Shown here: positions 1 through 9,819 of the stretch, piece by piece
Layout of the letters: the number at the start of each line of letters is the position of its first letter
How positions within the stretch are numbered: position 1 is the first letter of the stretch
Assembly: GCA_014360465.1 (NCBI GenBank)
Contig: JACIXQ010000002.1
Location: 3,719 to 67,718, forward strand
From: a bacterium
GTDB taxonomy: Bacteria; Armatimonadota; JACIXR01
Reading direction: 5' to 3'
Length of the DNA stretch: 64,000 bases
The notes under the pieces: generated by a model
Told to the model about the DNA's origin: nothing
Database searches by the model: none
Seen by the model: the letters and a program-made list of their open reading frames with translations, nothing else
Made by a program: the position numbers and the translations under genes

Positions 1-1269
1 GACCACTTCAATATTGGCGTGTTCGAAATGGAGCTTCAGGAAGGCAAAAAAGGTTGCCTTGTTTGTTCAACAGATTTATTGAAGGAATCACCCTATGAGC
101 TTTTTGAAAGGGAAAAGAATAGAGCTGAACATCTATTAAGGCAAGCGGAGTTTGAAATTGAAGATGATTTAAAAATGCTAATCTTCTCCGCCGATTCCTT
201 CTTCGTCCATTGGCAAGGAAGGAAAAGCATAATAGCTGGCTATCACTGGTTTACAGATTGGGGAAGAGATACGATGATCTCACTACCCGGACTTGCCATT
301 CCAACAGGCAGAATGGAAGAAGGGAAAGAAATAATCTTCTCGTTTTTGCAATATCTTAAAAATGGCTTGCTCCCCAATGCCTTTATGGAGAGCGAAATCA
401 TCTATAACAGCGCAGATGCCGTCCTCTGGCTATTTTGGGCTGTGTATAAATTTTTACAAACAAAATGGGATGAGAACTTCGCAAGAGAAATCTTTCCCTA
501 TCTTTCCCAAATTGTTGACGAACTAAAGAATGGAAAAGCTGATAAGGTTTGGGTGGATGGAGATGGTTTCCTTTGGACGGGAGATGAAAATACCTGTCTT
601 ACCTGGATGGATTCAAAGGTCAATGAAAAACCGGTTATAGCTCGCTATGGTAAGGCAGTGGAGGTTAATGCCCTATGGCTATTTTCCCTTTCCTTTCTTG
701 AGGAATTATCAAGAAAATTAGGTAAAAATTTCCCTTATAGCGACCTCCTTTCCGCCTGCCGTGAAAGTTTCCCTTCCAAGTTTACTGCTCCAATCGGTTT
801 ATACGATGTCGTGAGGGGAAAAGAGAAAGATGGCAGTCTTCGCCCTAATCAAGTCATCGCCGCTTCTTTACCATATATCCCACTATCTTACAATAAAAAA
901 CGAGAAATCCTTCAAATGGCTTTGGAGAAACTGTACATTCCTTTCGGTCTGAGGAGCCTGGCGAAAGAAGAACCAGGATATAGGGGACGATATGAAGGTG
1001 GAGTGGAGGAAAGAGATTCATCATATCACCAGGGGACTGCCTGGGCTTTCCTCATTGGTCCCTTCGGAGAGCTTCTTAGACAGTGTGGAGAGGCTAATTT
1101 GAAATGGTTAATTTACCCATTTAAGGGACATCTTCTTGAAGCAGGGTTAGGCAGTGTTTCCGAGATATTCGACGGTGATTATCCCTGGAGCCCCAAAGGT
1201 TGCATCAGCCAAGCGTGGAGCGTTGCGGAATTATTAAGGCTTCTCTGGGAGACGAAACATAATCCTTAG
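1..1269 (+). CDS. Glycogen debranching enzyme / amylo-alpha-1,6-glucosidase family protein, C-terminal part (5' end lies outside window)
   Basis: The frame is open back to position 1, so the listed Met at 19 is internal. The motif HWFTDWGRDTMISLPGL and the GTAWAF segment are typical of GDE_C/archaeal-type debranching enzymes. Confidence 0.7.
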   Translation, partial: DHFNIGVFEMELQEGKKGCLVCSTDLLKESPYELFEREKNRAEHLLRQAEFEIEDDLKMLIFSADSFFVHWQGRKSIIAGYHWFTDWGRDTMISLPGLAIPTGRMEEGKEIIFSFLQYLKNGLLPNAFMESEIIYNSADAVLWLFWAVYKFLQTKWDENFAREIFPYLSQIVDELKNGKADKVWVDGDGFLWTGDENTCLTWMDSKVNEKPVIARYGKAVEVNALWLFSLSFLEELSRKLGKNFPYSDLLSACRESFPSKFTAPIGLYDVVRGKEKDGSLRPNQVIAASLPYIPLSYNKKREILQMALEKLYIPFGLRSLAKEEPGYRGRYEGGVEERDSSYHQGTAWAFLIGPFGELLRQCGEANLKWLIYPFKGHLLEAGLGSVSEIFDGDYPWSPKGCISQAWSVAELLRLLWETKHNP

Positions 1270-1844
1270 AGGGTCCCTTTTACCGATGGAATCTCGTCTC
1301 CCTCTTCTTTAATCGCTTCTTTCAATGCAATGGAAAAAGCTTTGAAGAGTGCTTCTATCATATGATGGAGATTGTCTCCGCTTAGCAATTGCATATGGAG
1401 TGTGATTTTCGCGTTAAATGCAAGCTGGCGGAAGAATTCCGAAATGGTCTCCACTTCAAAACTTCCCAAAAGTGTTTTTTTCAGCTCGAAATCCTTCCAG
1501 AAGCCTCCTCTACCAGAAATATCTATAGAAACCAAAGCTAAGGCTTCATCCATTGGAACAATGGCAAAACCAAACCTCTTTATCCCCCTTTTATCGCCCA
1601 GCGCTTCTTTTAATGCTGTGCCAAGGCAAATGCCTATATCCTCAACTGTGTGGTGTTGGTCAACATAGAGGTCTCCTTCCGCCCTCACGAATAGGTCTAT
1701 AGAAGAGTGCCTTGCGAGAGTGTTGAGCATATGGTCAAGGAAACCAATACCTGTAGAAACATCCGCTTTTCCCTCACCATCAAGCTCCAGCTTCACCCAT
1801 ATCTTCGTCTCCTTGGTTTCTCGCCTCAATTCAGCTGTTCTCAT
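1266..1844 (-). CDS. hisB: Imidazoleglycerol-phosphate dehydratase
   Basis: 192 aa. IGPD signature regions GIGFLDHML, the DxHH TVED metal-binding motifs, and SGDNLHHMIEA. Monofunctional form with no HAD domain. Confidence 0.9.
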   Translation of the reverse strand: MRTAELRRETKETKIWVKLELDGEGKADVSTGIGFLDHMLNTLARHSSIDLFVRAEGDLYVDQHHTVEDIGICLGTALKEALGDKRGIKRFGFAIVPMDEALALVSIDISGRGGFWKDFELKKTLLGSFEVETISEFFRQLAFNAKITLHMQLLSGDNLHHMIEALFKAFSIALKEAIKEEGDEIPSVKGTL

Positions 1845-2767
1845 ATTCGCTCCTCCCTTAACAAGTTTGTTAGCATCCGTGTTTCGGGAACTATTATATC
1901 AGCGCCCTCCCTTTTAAAGAAGCTCTGTTGCCCTTTATTAACTATGCAAGAAAGAATTGAACTATCTTCCTGTGGAACGGAGCGCAGGTCATCAATAGCA
2001 TCGCCAACATAAATCGCTCGTTTCGCTTTCATTCTTTCTGCCAAACATTTCAGCATTTCGGGAGCGGGTTTGTTTAAGCCATCATCAGCTGTTATAACGA
2101 ATTCCATAGGTATGCAGGAGATGAAGCCCGTCATCGTAAGTGCGAGGCGAGTTTCTCCCGCTGTTCTACCTGTGAAGAGCCCCATTTTACGAATGGAGGG
2201 CGGTATGTCATCGGGACTCAATAGAACTGTTTCCCTTTTGTAAAGACCCTCCCAGGATGGAGAAATATAAACAGGCTCAAAGCCGTAAACTTGAAAGGTA
2301 TCCTTTCCTGCGTATATCTCCTTAAAGAGACGCTCAACAAGTGGGCGTTCCAAGAGAGATAACAGTTCGCAAAATTTATCCCCAATCTTTTCCTTAAGTA
2401 TTGCTTCCAGGTTCTGCAATCCCCCTCCCCTTTTATAAATCTCATAGGAAAGTTCACTTATTTCAAAAAAGTACCCAGAACTATAACAGAGGGATATAAG
2501 TATCAGAGCCGAGGTAACATCCCAATCGTTATTGAATCCCCCCGATAGTTTGAGAAGTTTGATATGCTTTTTAAGTGGCTTAAAGGGAGATCGGATATTT
2601 TTTAGAGAAAGATATTTCCTTGTGGTAATAAGGATAACATCCCAGAAGGAACGGTGGACATCCAAAAGAACTCCATCAACATCAAATATCAAAGCATCAA
2701 CTTCTTTCAGGAGAGGTTCTATTCCGGGTTTGATATATATTTTCTTAGAGAGGTCAACTCTTCTCAT
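1841..2767 (-). CDS. HAD-superfamily hydrolase, possible histidinol-phosphatase by context
   Basis: HAD motif I FDVDGVLLD, motif III K in GLNKPAPE, motif IV YVGDAIDD, and a large cap insertion. Sits between hisD and hisB with 4-nt and 14-nt overlaps. Confidence 0.65.
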   Translation of the reverse strand: MRRVDLSKKIYIKPGIEPLLKEVDALIFDVDGVLLDVHRSFWDVILITTRKYLSLKNIRSPFKPLKKHIKLLKLSGGFNNDWDVTSALILISLCYSSGYFFEISELSYEIYKRGGGLQNLEAILKEKIGDKFCELLSLLERPLVERLFKEIYAGKDTFQVYGFEPVYISPSWEGLYKRETVLLSPDDIPPSIRKMGLFTGRTAGETRLALTMTGFISCIPMEFVITADDGLNKPAPEMLKCLAERMKAKRAIYVGDAIDDLRSVPQEDSSILSCIVNKGQQSFFKREGADIIVPETRMLTNLLREERI

Positions 2768-4055
2768 TTTGCAACTCTTCTAACCTTAACAAAATTGAGA
2801 GGGCGTGAGCCGATAATCCCTCTTCTTTCGCTATGCGAGCCGCTGAGCGAGCATCCCTTCTCAACTGGGGATAGGTATAGGAGATAAGTGATATCCTTTT
2901 AAGGAAATCCTCAACAGAAAGAGGGGAGAAAAAACGAGCTGTTCTCCCTGTTGGTAGAGTATGGCTCGGACCGGCGATGTAATCGCCTATGGCAGTGGGA
3001 GAAAAATCGCCCAAAAAGATTGCCCCCGCGTGCTTTATCTTTGGGAGAAACTCCTCCGCATTTTGAGCCATTATCTCAAGATGTTCGGGGGCGAAATCGT
3101 TGACAAATTCTATTGCCTCATTTAGCGAATCGGCTATTACTGAATAGCCTCGCTGGTCTAAACTGCTCTTAATAATTTCAATCCTTCCCAATGTTGGCAA
3201 AATGGCGTCCATCTCTTTTTCCACTTCTTCAACAAGTGTTGGGGAAGTTGTGACGAGGACAGACCAAGCAAGTGGGTCATGTTCTGCCTGGGCAAGGAGG
3301 TCAGAGGCTATGAAGCGAGGATTTGCCGTCTCGTCCGCAAGTATGAGGACCTCGCTCGGACCAGCGATGCTCTCAATACTAACATAGCCGAAGACCTCCC
3401 TTTTAGCGCTGGCTACCATAGCCCCACCAGGTCCTACTATCTTGTCCACTTTGGGAATCGTTTCCGTGCCGAAAGCCATAGCTGATATCGCCTGGGCGCC
3501 TCCGACCCTGTAAATTTTCCTCAGACCAAGCTCCTTAGCTGTAGCAAGTATAAGAGGATGAATCTCACCATCCCTTTGAGCGGGAGAACAGATTATGATT
3601 TCACCAACTCCTGCCACCTGGGCAGGTATAGCCGTCATAAGGAGGGTGGAAGGGTAGATGGCTTTGCCACCAGGGATATATATCCCCACTCTCTCAATTG
3701 GGCGAATAAGGCTGGCAAGCTTCGTCCCATTGGGAAATCGCAGAAAAGTTTCCCTTATATTCTTTAAACAAGCTCTATGGAAGTTTTCTATATTCCTTTT
3801 TGCCCGGCGGACCGCTGAGAGGAACCTTTTAGGAGCTTTATCATACGCCCTTTCCACTTCTTCCTCAGAAACGCCGAGGGAACGAACATTGGGAGAGTCG
3901 TAACGATGGACAAAATCAATAAGGGCAGAATCGCCCTCTTCCCTTACCCTCTTGACAATATCGCTCACAGCTTTAAGAGCTGATTCCTCGAATGGGGGGC
4001 GATTTATTATCCTTGCTATCTCTTTTTTATCTTTCCTAAGGTTTAAAACTTTCAC
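2754..4055 (-). CDS. hisD: Histidinol dehydrogenase
   Basis: 433 aa. Conserved HisD blocks IYRVGGAQAISAMAFGTE, SIAGPSEVLILADETANP, AQAEHDPLA and SPEHLEI. Confidence 0.9.
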   Translation of the reverse strand: MKVLNLRKDKKEIARIINRPPFEESALKAVSDIVKRVREEGDSALIDFVHRYDSPNVRSLGVSEEEVERAYDKAPKRFLSAVRRAKRNIENFHRACLKNIRETFLRFPNGTKLASLIRPIERVGIYIPGGKAIYPSTLLMTAIPAQVAGVGEIIICSPAQRDGEIHPLILATAKELGLRKIYRVGGAQAISAMAFGTETIPKVDKIVGPGGAMVASAKREVFGYVSIESIAGPSEVLILADETANPRFIASDLLAQAEHDPLAWSVLVTTSPTLVEEVEKEMDAILPTLGRIEIIKSSLDQRGYSVIADSLNEAIEFVNDFAPEHLEIMAQNAEEFLPKIKHAGAIFLGDFSPTAIGDYIAGPSHTLPTGRTARFFSPLSVEDFLKRISLISYTYPQLRRDARSAARIAKEEGLSAHALSILLRLEELQNEKS

Positions 4056-4102
4056 GCTATATTTACTATAACAGTAAAATTCTTATTCGCAAACTTCTCT
4101 GA

Positions 4103-6394
4103 CTATTTCTCTGGTGAATATGTCGCTTCTAAATTGGTGAACTCATCGAATGGACCGAGAACTATCATCTCGTCTTTAACTTGGAAAACAAGCTCTTTTG
4201 TTTTTTCACCCTTGTTGTTCAAGAGGTAAATCTTCGTTCTTTTCACATCCCAATCCCGAGACAGTATTTTAGGATTGATAACAACTTCTTTGCCTGCCCC
4301 GATGTGAAGCTTCATTTGTCGTGTTTTCTTCAAAAACATCTCAACATCTACGCCATCGGCGTTCGTGTAAAAATAATCAGGTGCTTTGACAGTAGTTACA
4401 ATTCTTCCCTCCACATCTATCATAGATTGCTCAATTTTTGGACCCTTAACGAAGAAGCCATACTGGGGTAGTAAATATGACTTGCCGTCCTTGACGAGCT
4501 TGAAAGGCTTCACCCCAAAGTTGACGATTACCTCCGTGCCATCGGAGAAAACCGTTCGTTGGACATCGTGGTCCTCGCTTAAGAACTCGTGGCTGAGCAT
4601 TTCCTTATCTGCTATCACCTCGTGCAATTTGCAGGTGACCCTGTAGGAATGCAGGAAGATATCCCTATAATTAGACCACGCCGAACTCCAAAACATCGGG
4701 ATTGTGCCATAAAGAATGTTGAATGCGTTCTTCTTGTGAGTTATCTCGGGAGCTGCCTGGAGAAGAAAATCTGTGGAATCGCCCCAATACCAAGTTGGTA
4801 TGATGCAATCATGGAAGACAAGTTCCCAGAGAGGAACCCTCCATCTGTGCCCTATTCCCCATTTCTCGTAAACTTCCCACTTCGGCAATTTATTCCCCCA
4901 GGGGTCGGTAAACTCCTCATCCTTGGATTTGGGACGAATGAGATGCCCAGCTGGCCAGGAGAAGAAAGCATTGCAACTCATCATACCTTCTATATAATCA
5001 AGCACCGGCACTCCCCACCAAATTCCGTGCTCTCCGCCTACAACAAGCTTTAAGGAGCGAACATAAGAGAGAAGGTCAACGCCACACTGCCTTTTAGCTC
5101 CTTTAGTTAGGGGATGGTTTTCATCGTAGCATTCATAAAGCCCTTCTGCAGTCGTTACATCTATAAAGCGACCAATGAAAGGATACTGCTCTAAAACCTT
5201 GGGAATTACCTGCTGTGCTGCTTCCTTCCAGAGAGCGGGACAGCGTTTCATATATTGGGTTTTCTTGTCCCAGGTCAACCAGGCTCCCATCCTCTGTCCG
5301 TTGGACATAAGGACAACATCATCAGGTATACGACCGTGAGATGAATCAACCCCTTTACCCTCTTCAATGGGAAGGATGTCTGTATAATTATCGTATTCGC
5401 TCGTCACATAACCCAGGAAGTTAACCTTCGCTATGTTCTCAGGTGAACTCCTTCCATGATAAAGCATTTTTTCTACTCCGAAGGTCTTGGTTTCAAGCGC
5501 AAAGTTAAGATAATCAAAGCCAGGTTCCCAGCCTGCCCATACATCGGGTGCTCCAAACAATCTTTTGATATTGGGATTTTTCTTAACCTTATCCGAGAGG
5601 GTAACTATCAAGCCCTTACCCTTTGCATAATCCCTGTAAGCTTTAGCTAAGGCAACATATCCTCCCTCCGAGGAGAAATGGATAATTATAATCCTCGGAT
5701 AGGAGAATTTACCTTTGCTCGGCTCCCAGTATAAGCGTGGAAGGCGTATATTTTTCTCACCTAACTTGTATTCGGGAAATTCCAAAGTTGCATCATCGCT
5801 TGTCTCAATTATTACACCATAGCCTGCCCCTGTAGCCAAATCGCAAACGCCAATCCAGGGCATATCAAGCCTACTCGCATCCCTTGGCCAGAGAGGCGAA
5901 TCCTTCTCGTCTATTGGATAAAGATGTCCATCGCAATAGTCAGCAATAGCTATGACACCCTTTTTGAGATTTCCGATGAAGGGTTCAAGTGAATAGATTC
6001 CCCAAAAAGGCTCATCGTTATCAGGAATGTTTGTCTTGACACTCAGTTGCGGTAAGTCGTCATTCAAGGTCAGCTCTATGTTTACTTCTATTAGTTTACC
6101 GCTATGGTCAGGAAGACTCGTTTTGAAGGCGATACCATTGGCTATATGTTTTACCTCCCTGAAAGTTTGGGCAGGGTTAACAACCTCTCTCTCCGGTTGT
6201 ATCCAGTTTATTCCCTTCTTCAAATCCGTAACAGAAAACCTGCCCTTTTCGGGGTCAACGGTAAGGCGAATTTTCCCATTATCAATAATCCATAAATCCC
6301 CTTTTTTCTCTACACTTATCTTTGCCATCGCTGGTATCAACACCTCCAGGAGAATCATAAAACATAGAATCGGAAGAGAGTTTACTCTCAACAA
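4103..6394 (-). CDS. Secreted hypothetical protein (763 aa), probably carbohydrate-active, family not recognised
   Basis: N-terminal signal-like hydrophobic segment, long ORF with good coding character, Trp/Tyr/Asp-rich segments typical of CAZymes. Co-directional with the GH42-like gene upstream and hisD downstream. Confidence 0.45.
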   Translation of the reverse strand: MLRVNSLPILCFMILLEVLIPAMAKISVEKKGDLWIIDNGKIRLTVDPEKGRFSVTDLKKGINWIQPEREVVNPAQTFREVKHIANGIAFKTSLPDHSGKLIEVNIELTLNDDLPQLSVKTNIPDNDEPFWGIYSLEPFIGNLKKGVIAIADYCDGHLYPIDEKDSPLWPRDASRLDMPWIGVCDLATGAGYGVIIETSDDATLEFPEYKLGEKNIRLPRLYWEPSKGKFSYPRIIIIHFSSEGGYVALAKAYRDYAKGKGLIVTLSDKVKKNPNIKRLFGAPDVWAGWEPGFDYLNFALETKTFGVEKMLYHGRSSPENIAKVNFLGYVTSEYDNYTDILPIEEGKGVDSSHGRIPDDVVLMSNGQRMGAWLTWDKKTQYMKRCPALWKEAAQQVIPKVLEQYPFIGRFIDVTTAEGLYECYDENHPLTKGAKRQCGVDLLSYVRSLKLVVGGEHGIWWGVPVLDYIEGMMSCNAFFSWPAGHLIRPKSKDEEFTDPWGNKLPKWEVYEKWGIGHRWRVPLWELVFHDCIIPTWYWGDSTDFLLQAAPEITHKKNAFNILYGTIPMFWSSAWSNYRDIFLHSYRVTCKLHEVIADKEMLSHEFLSEDHDVQRTVFSDGTEVIVNFGVKPFKLVKDGKSYLLPQYGFFVKGPKIEQSMIDVEGRIVTTVKAPDYFYTNADGVDVEMFLKKTRQMKLHIGAGKEVVINPKILSRDWDVKRTKIYLLNNKGEKTKELVFQVKDEMIVLGPFDEFTNLEATYSPEK

Positions 6395-6400
6395 ATTTCT

Positions 6401-8554
6401 TCACCTCCCAAGAGAAAATATCAACGGCATCCAGGGGGAAAGCTCTACTTCAATGCGATTTGTTGAGCCGAACTCTCTTCCTGTGATTATCTCTTTAACT
6501 TTAAACCTGCGTGGAAGGATTATCTGGATCGTTTCTTCCTTTTCAATAGCCTCGTTGCCGGGGTAACCGATTTGTTTAAGCTCTTCCACACCAAACTCCG
6601 GATTCCTTATTACCGCCAAGTATTCCTCTTTTTCACCCTTGTATCTCAGTACTTCAACGCAGTCAGCTATTGTTCCATCGGGCTTTTGAACTTTAATAAG
6701 GGGTTTTATTCCATTATCCTTCAATAGTTTCCCCACCAAATCGAGAAAACTATGACCTTGAGGTGGAGAAAGACGAAGTTTTGGATAGACGCGGATGTCT
6801 AGGTTAAGATAGATAGCCTTGCCTTTCCCCACCTTGTTTTCTATTACTGCGGGGGCTTTGGCTGAATAGTGTGCTTTACCAGTGGTGGTTTCAATATCCT
6901 TTTCAAATATAGATATTGGGTGAGCCCCTGACTTATCAAGGATTATTTCTCCACCTTCCGGGTCAGGATGCCAACTCACATCCTTTCTTTTAATCCCGAA
7001 GAGGTCATCAAGCTGCCCTTTGGGAAGTCTTTTGCAATGTTCGTCCATCGTGGCGGTCATATTATCGGCTATAACTATTCCACCATTCTCTACAAACCTT
7101 TTTATTTCCTCACATTCCTTATTTGACATAGCCACAGATTGAGGAAGGAACAGGACCTTATATCCACCTTTAATAAGTTCGCCCTTTTCTATTTGCTCGC
7201 TTGAAACGAATTTGTATTGAAAACCGAGGTCCTCAACGAGACGGACAAAACCATTTCTCGCTTTGGCAAAGCGGGAATGAACTCTTTCATAGGAAGAGAA
7301 CCTGCGAGGCCAGGTATCGCCATCCTCACGGGAATCGAACATCCAGTGGGCGCGAATGCTGGCTTGAGAATAATGGATGGCGATGGGGTCGATTATTGGT
7401 TGTAGATGCATAATTGTCGGAGCAACAGCCTTGATTTCACTGAATATCTTCGCTAATTCCCTCCCCCTTTCAGTTATGGGCATATCATCCTTCTCCTTCT
7501 CAATACACCGACTTTGTTCATCGTCCCATACAAGGCAACCTTTGTCACCATGTAGGAGTAACCACCAGAGTTTTCTCCTAATACGATTGTAATCTGTACC
7601 AAAGACCGTGCTGATTATCGGAGCGTTCCGGGGAAAGAAGGAACGAAAAATCTCCCTACTATTGCAGATATCGTATGGTTCAACCCAATCAAGGGATTGG
7701 GAAAGCAGGTAAAGGTCATAACCTCCCCAAGCACTGGGCATTTGAGTCCCCTCTATTCCCACAGGGGTATCGGGGTCTATTTCGCGGATTATCCTTCTCA
7801 TACGGTCCAATGTCGTGGCAAAGGTGATGTCCATAAAAGCCCTGTGGTCAGCCCAAGGAGCGTAATTTTCCAGCTTACCTTCCGAAAGTGCCTTTCTTTC
7901 CCTGTCCTTTATTTCATAAGTTGTCATTGGTTGGACCTCATCCCAGGAGGCGTAATTAGTTTCCCATTCTTTGTTCAAGTTATCAAGCGAGCCGTATATT
8001 CCTTTCAACCACTCACGGAAAGCCTGCAGGGTATAAGGGGAAAAACAATAGTCCATAGGATTGGCGAAGAAGCCAATTGATGGTTCGTCTCTTAAGTCGT
8101 AGAGAAGAGGACGGTAGGGAGCATAGATAGAAACCATGTTTTTTAACTCTCTATCTATTTTCTCCCAAAAGGATGGGTCATGGAAGCAAGGATTGCGGAT
8201 AAGGAATTTCTTATCACGAGTAGTTATGTATGATTGGAAGTCCTTATCATACAGCGGTTGTCGGCTGTGGAGAAAACAAAGCTCAAATACTAAGTTTTCA
8301 GCGTAGAAGCCAAACCCCTGCTCAACAAAGGGCTTTGGGTCCCTGCCCCTAAAGCATTCCTCTGCGGTGAAGCCAAGCTCCTTTAGGCGTTGAATCCAAA
8401 GGGGGAAATTACTAACATCGCCAGTGCTCCACATAATCACCTGATATGTATCCCAACCTCGCCAGCTTTTTTCTCTATCCCTCGCTGAGTCCAGATAACC
8501 TTGGGCAATGATACATAAAAACAAACCTATTATGAGGAAGACCCAGATTTTCAT
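6401..8554 (-). CDS. Secreted GH42-like beta-galactosidase family protein (putative)
   Basis: Signal peptide MKIWVFLIIGLFLCIIAQG. A central segment, YKVLFLPQSVAMSNKECEEIKRFVENGGIVIADNMTA, resembles the GH42 trimerisation (glutamine-amidotransferase-like) domain. An N-terminal TIM-barrel-like region precedes it. Confidence 0.45.
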   Translation of the reverse strand: MKIWVFLIIGLFLCIIAQGYLDSARDREKSWRGWDTYQVIMWSTGDVSNFPLWIQRLKELGFTAEECFRGRDPKPFVEQGFGFYAENLVFELCFLHSRQPLYDKDFQSYITTRDKKFLIRNPCFHDPSFWEKIDRELKNMVSIYAPYRPLLYDLRDEPSIGFFANPMDYCFSPYTLQAFREWLKGIYGSLDNLNKEWETNYASWDEVQPMTTYEIKDRERKALSEGKLENYAPWADHRAFMDITFATTLDRMRRIIREIDPDTPVGIEGTQMPSAWGGYDLYLLSQSLDWVEPYDICNSREIFRSFFPRNAPIISTVFGTDYNRIRRKLWWLLLHGDKGCLVWDDEQSRCIEKEKDDMPITERGRELAKIFSEIKAVAPTIMHLQPIIDPIAIHYSQASIRAHWMFDSREDGDTWPRRFSSYERVHSRFAKARNGFVRLVEDLGFQYKFVSSEQIEKGELIKGGYKVLFLPQSVAMSNKECEEIKRFVENGGIVIADNMTATMDEHCKRLPKGQLDDLFGIKRKDVSWHPDPEGGEIILDKSGAHPISIFEKDIETTTGKAHYSAKAPAVIENKVGKGKAIYLNLDIRVYPKLRLSPPQGHSFLDLVGKLLKDNGIKPLIKVQKPDGTIADCVEVLRYKGEKEEYLAVIRNPEFGVEELKQIGYPGNEAIEKEETIQIILPRRFKVKEIITGREFGSTNRIEVELSPWMPLIFSLGR

Positions 8555-8642
8555 TGTATAAGGATTTTACAACAATTAGATAGTAGTCAACAAGAATTTT
8601 TAAAAATTTAGTTGGTATAGTTCGGTTTCTGTCTCACTCTAA

Positions 8643-8671
8643 TTGCCCAAATGACTATATTGAGATAGAAT
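8643..8671 (+). promoter_or_regulatory. Putative sigma70-type promoter for the nurA operon (-35 TTGCCC, 17-nt spacer, -10 TAGAAT), followed by RBS AAGGAGG at 8679-8685 and a GTG start at 8693
   Basis: Hexamers read directly from the sequence. The spacing is canonical, and the RBS lies 7 nt upstream of GTG. Confidence 0.3.
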
Positions 8672-8692
8672 AATATACAAGGAGGAGTTGCT

Positions 8693-9817
8693 GTGCCCTG
8701 CTACCCTAAGCAATTTGCCGAGAGCATAAAGAAAAAACAGGAGAAATTCCTCGCCCTTTTCAGCCCCGAGCCCAAAAACCAAGAAGAATCCTGGCTAAAA
8801 GAGGAAGTCCTTCGCAACTGGCATAAGTTTCCCTCTCTTTCCTCATCAAGCCAATCGGTTTTCGCAGTTGATGGCTCAAACGCTTGCCTCGCCCTTCAGG
8901 GTGGTAGATACATCTCTATTGTGCAGGCTGTCCTTCAAGGGAAGGAATGGCGAGAAATAGAAGTTGATGCAGAAGTATTCAGAGATACAGCCAATGTGGA
9001 TGTGGAGAGATTCCATCAGATTCATCGCCAGTGGCTTGAATGGAAGATAGCAAGGGAAAACGCCAAGAAGATGACCAATGGTATCCTCTTCCTGGACGGT
9101 AGCCTTTACATTTCTCCTGTCTTCTATAGTTGGACTATGATTCCCCAGCGAATGCCAGAAGGTTTAGAGGAAATGCCCCTGCTGGCAATGAACGAGTTCC
9201 TCTCCCTCGTCAATCTTTCAATCCGCCATAACCTGCAACTCGTGGGCATTTCTAAAACGAGTAAAAGCCATTTTTACCCACGGAGATTTCTAAACAAAGA
9301 TGTAGCAATAACCGATAGCGAGATTTTCACCTTCTGGACGAGTGATCCAGGCTATTCCACTCCTCTCCTTGTCGGACCCTATTTCATTCCTCAACCATGG
9401 GAAAGGGTGAAAGGAGAATTTCTCAAGGCGTATCAATCTGAGCTGAGTGAGAAAGTTGGTTCTATGCTTGATGAATTACTCCCTTCCCTTTCTGTGATAA
9501 TTTTCTTCGTAAGATTCGAAGAAGGAGATGAGGTTTACAGGGTGGATGTCCTCTCGTCATCGCTCAATTATAAAGTTAAGCCAGAAGAGCTTAAAGATAT
9601 GATATCATTAGAGCCCCAAATCGTTCATCCGCTTCTCTCCGTCCTACTTTCCTCACACGGAGGCTTTAATGTCTATCACAACCTTCTTTATGTGGCACAT
9701 AATGAGGTTATGCTGAGGGAAAAGGACCAGGATGTTTATATGAGTCTTTTGAGGGAATTGGTTCAACTGCCGATAAGGAGGAGCAAGGTGGACACGAGAT
9801 TTGGAAGGAGGTTTTAA
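8693..9817 (+). CDS. nurA: NurA-family 5'-3' nuclease
   Basis: 374 aa with a GTG start. The catalytic-aspartate motif VFAVDGSNACL and a second motif ILFLDGSLY are characteristic of NurA. It lies immediately upstream of herA with a 2-nt spacer. Confidence 0.7.
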   Translation: MPCYPKQFAESIKKKQEKFLALFSPEPKNQEESWLKEEVLRNWHKFPSLSSSSQSVFAVDGSNACLALQGGRYISIVQAVLQGKEWREIEVDAEVFRDTANVDVERFHQIHRQWLEWKIARENAKKMTNGILFLDGSLYISPVFYSWTMIPQRMPEGLEEMPLLAMNEFLSLVNLSIRHNLQLVGISKTSKSHFYPRRFLNKDVAITDSEIFTFWTSDPGYSTPLLVGPYFIPQPWERVKGEFLKAYQSELSEKVGSMLDELLPSLSVIIFFVRFEEGDEVYRVDVLSSSLNYKVKPEELKDMISLEPQIVHPLLSVLLSSHGGFNVYHNLLYVAHNEVMLREKDQDVYMSLLRELVQLPIRRSKVDTRFGRRF

Positions 9818-9819
9818 AT

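Noticed and set aside
1372-2012. Small + strand ORFs (1372-1668, 1707-2012, 1720-1917) antisense to hisB and the HAD gene
   Set aside because: They lie entirely within well-supported minus-strand genes, have no RBS, and give low-complexity translations.
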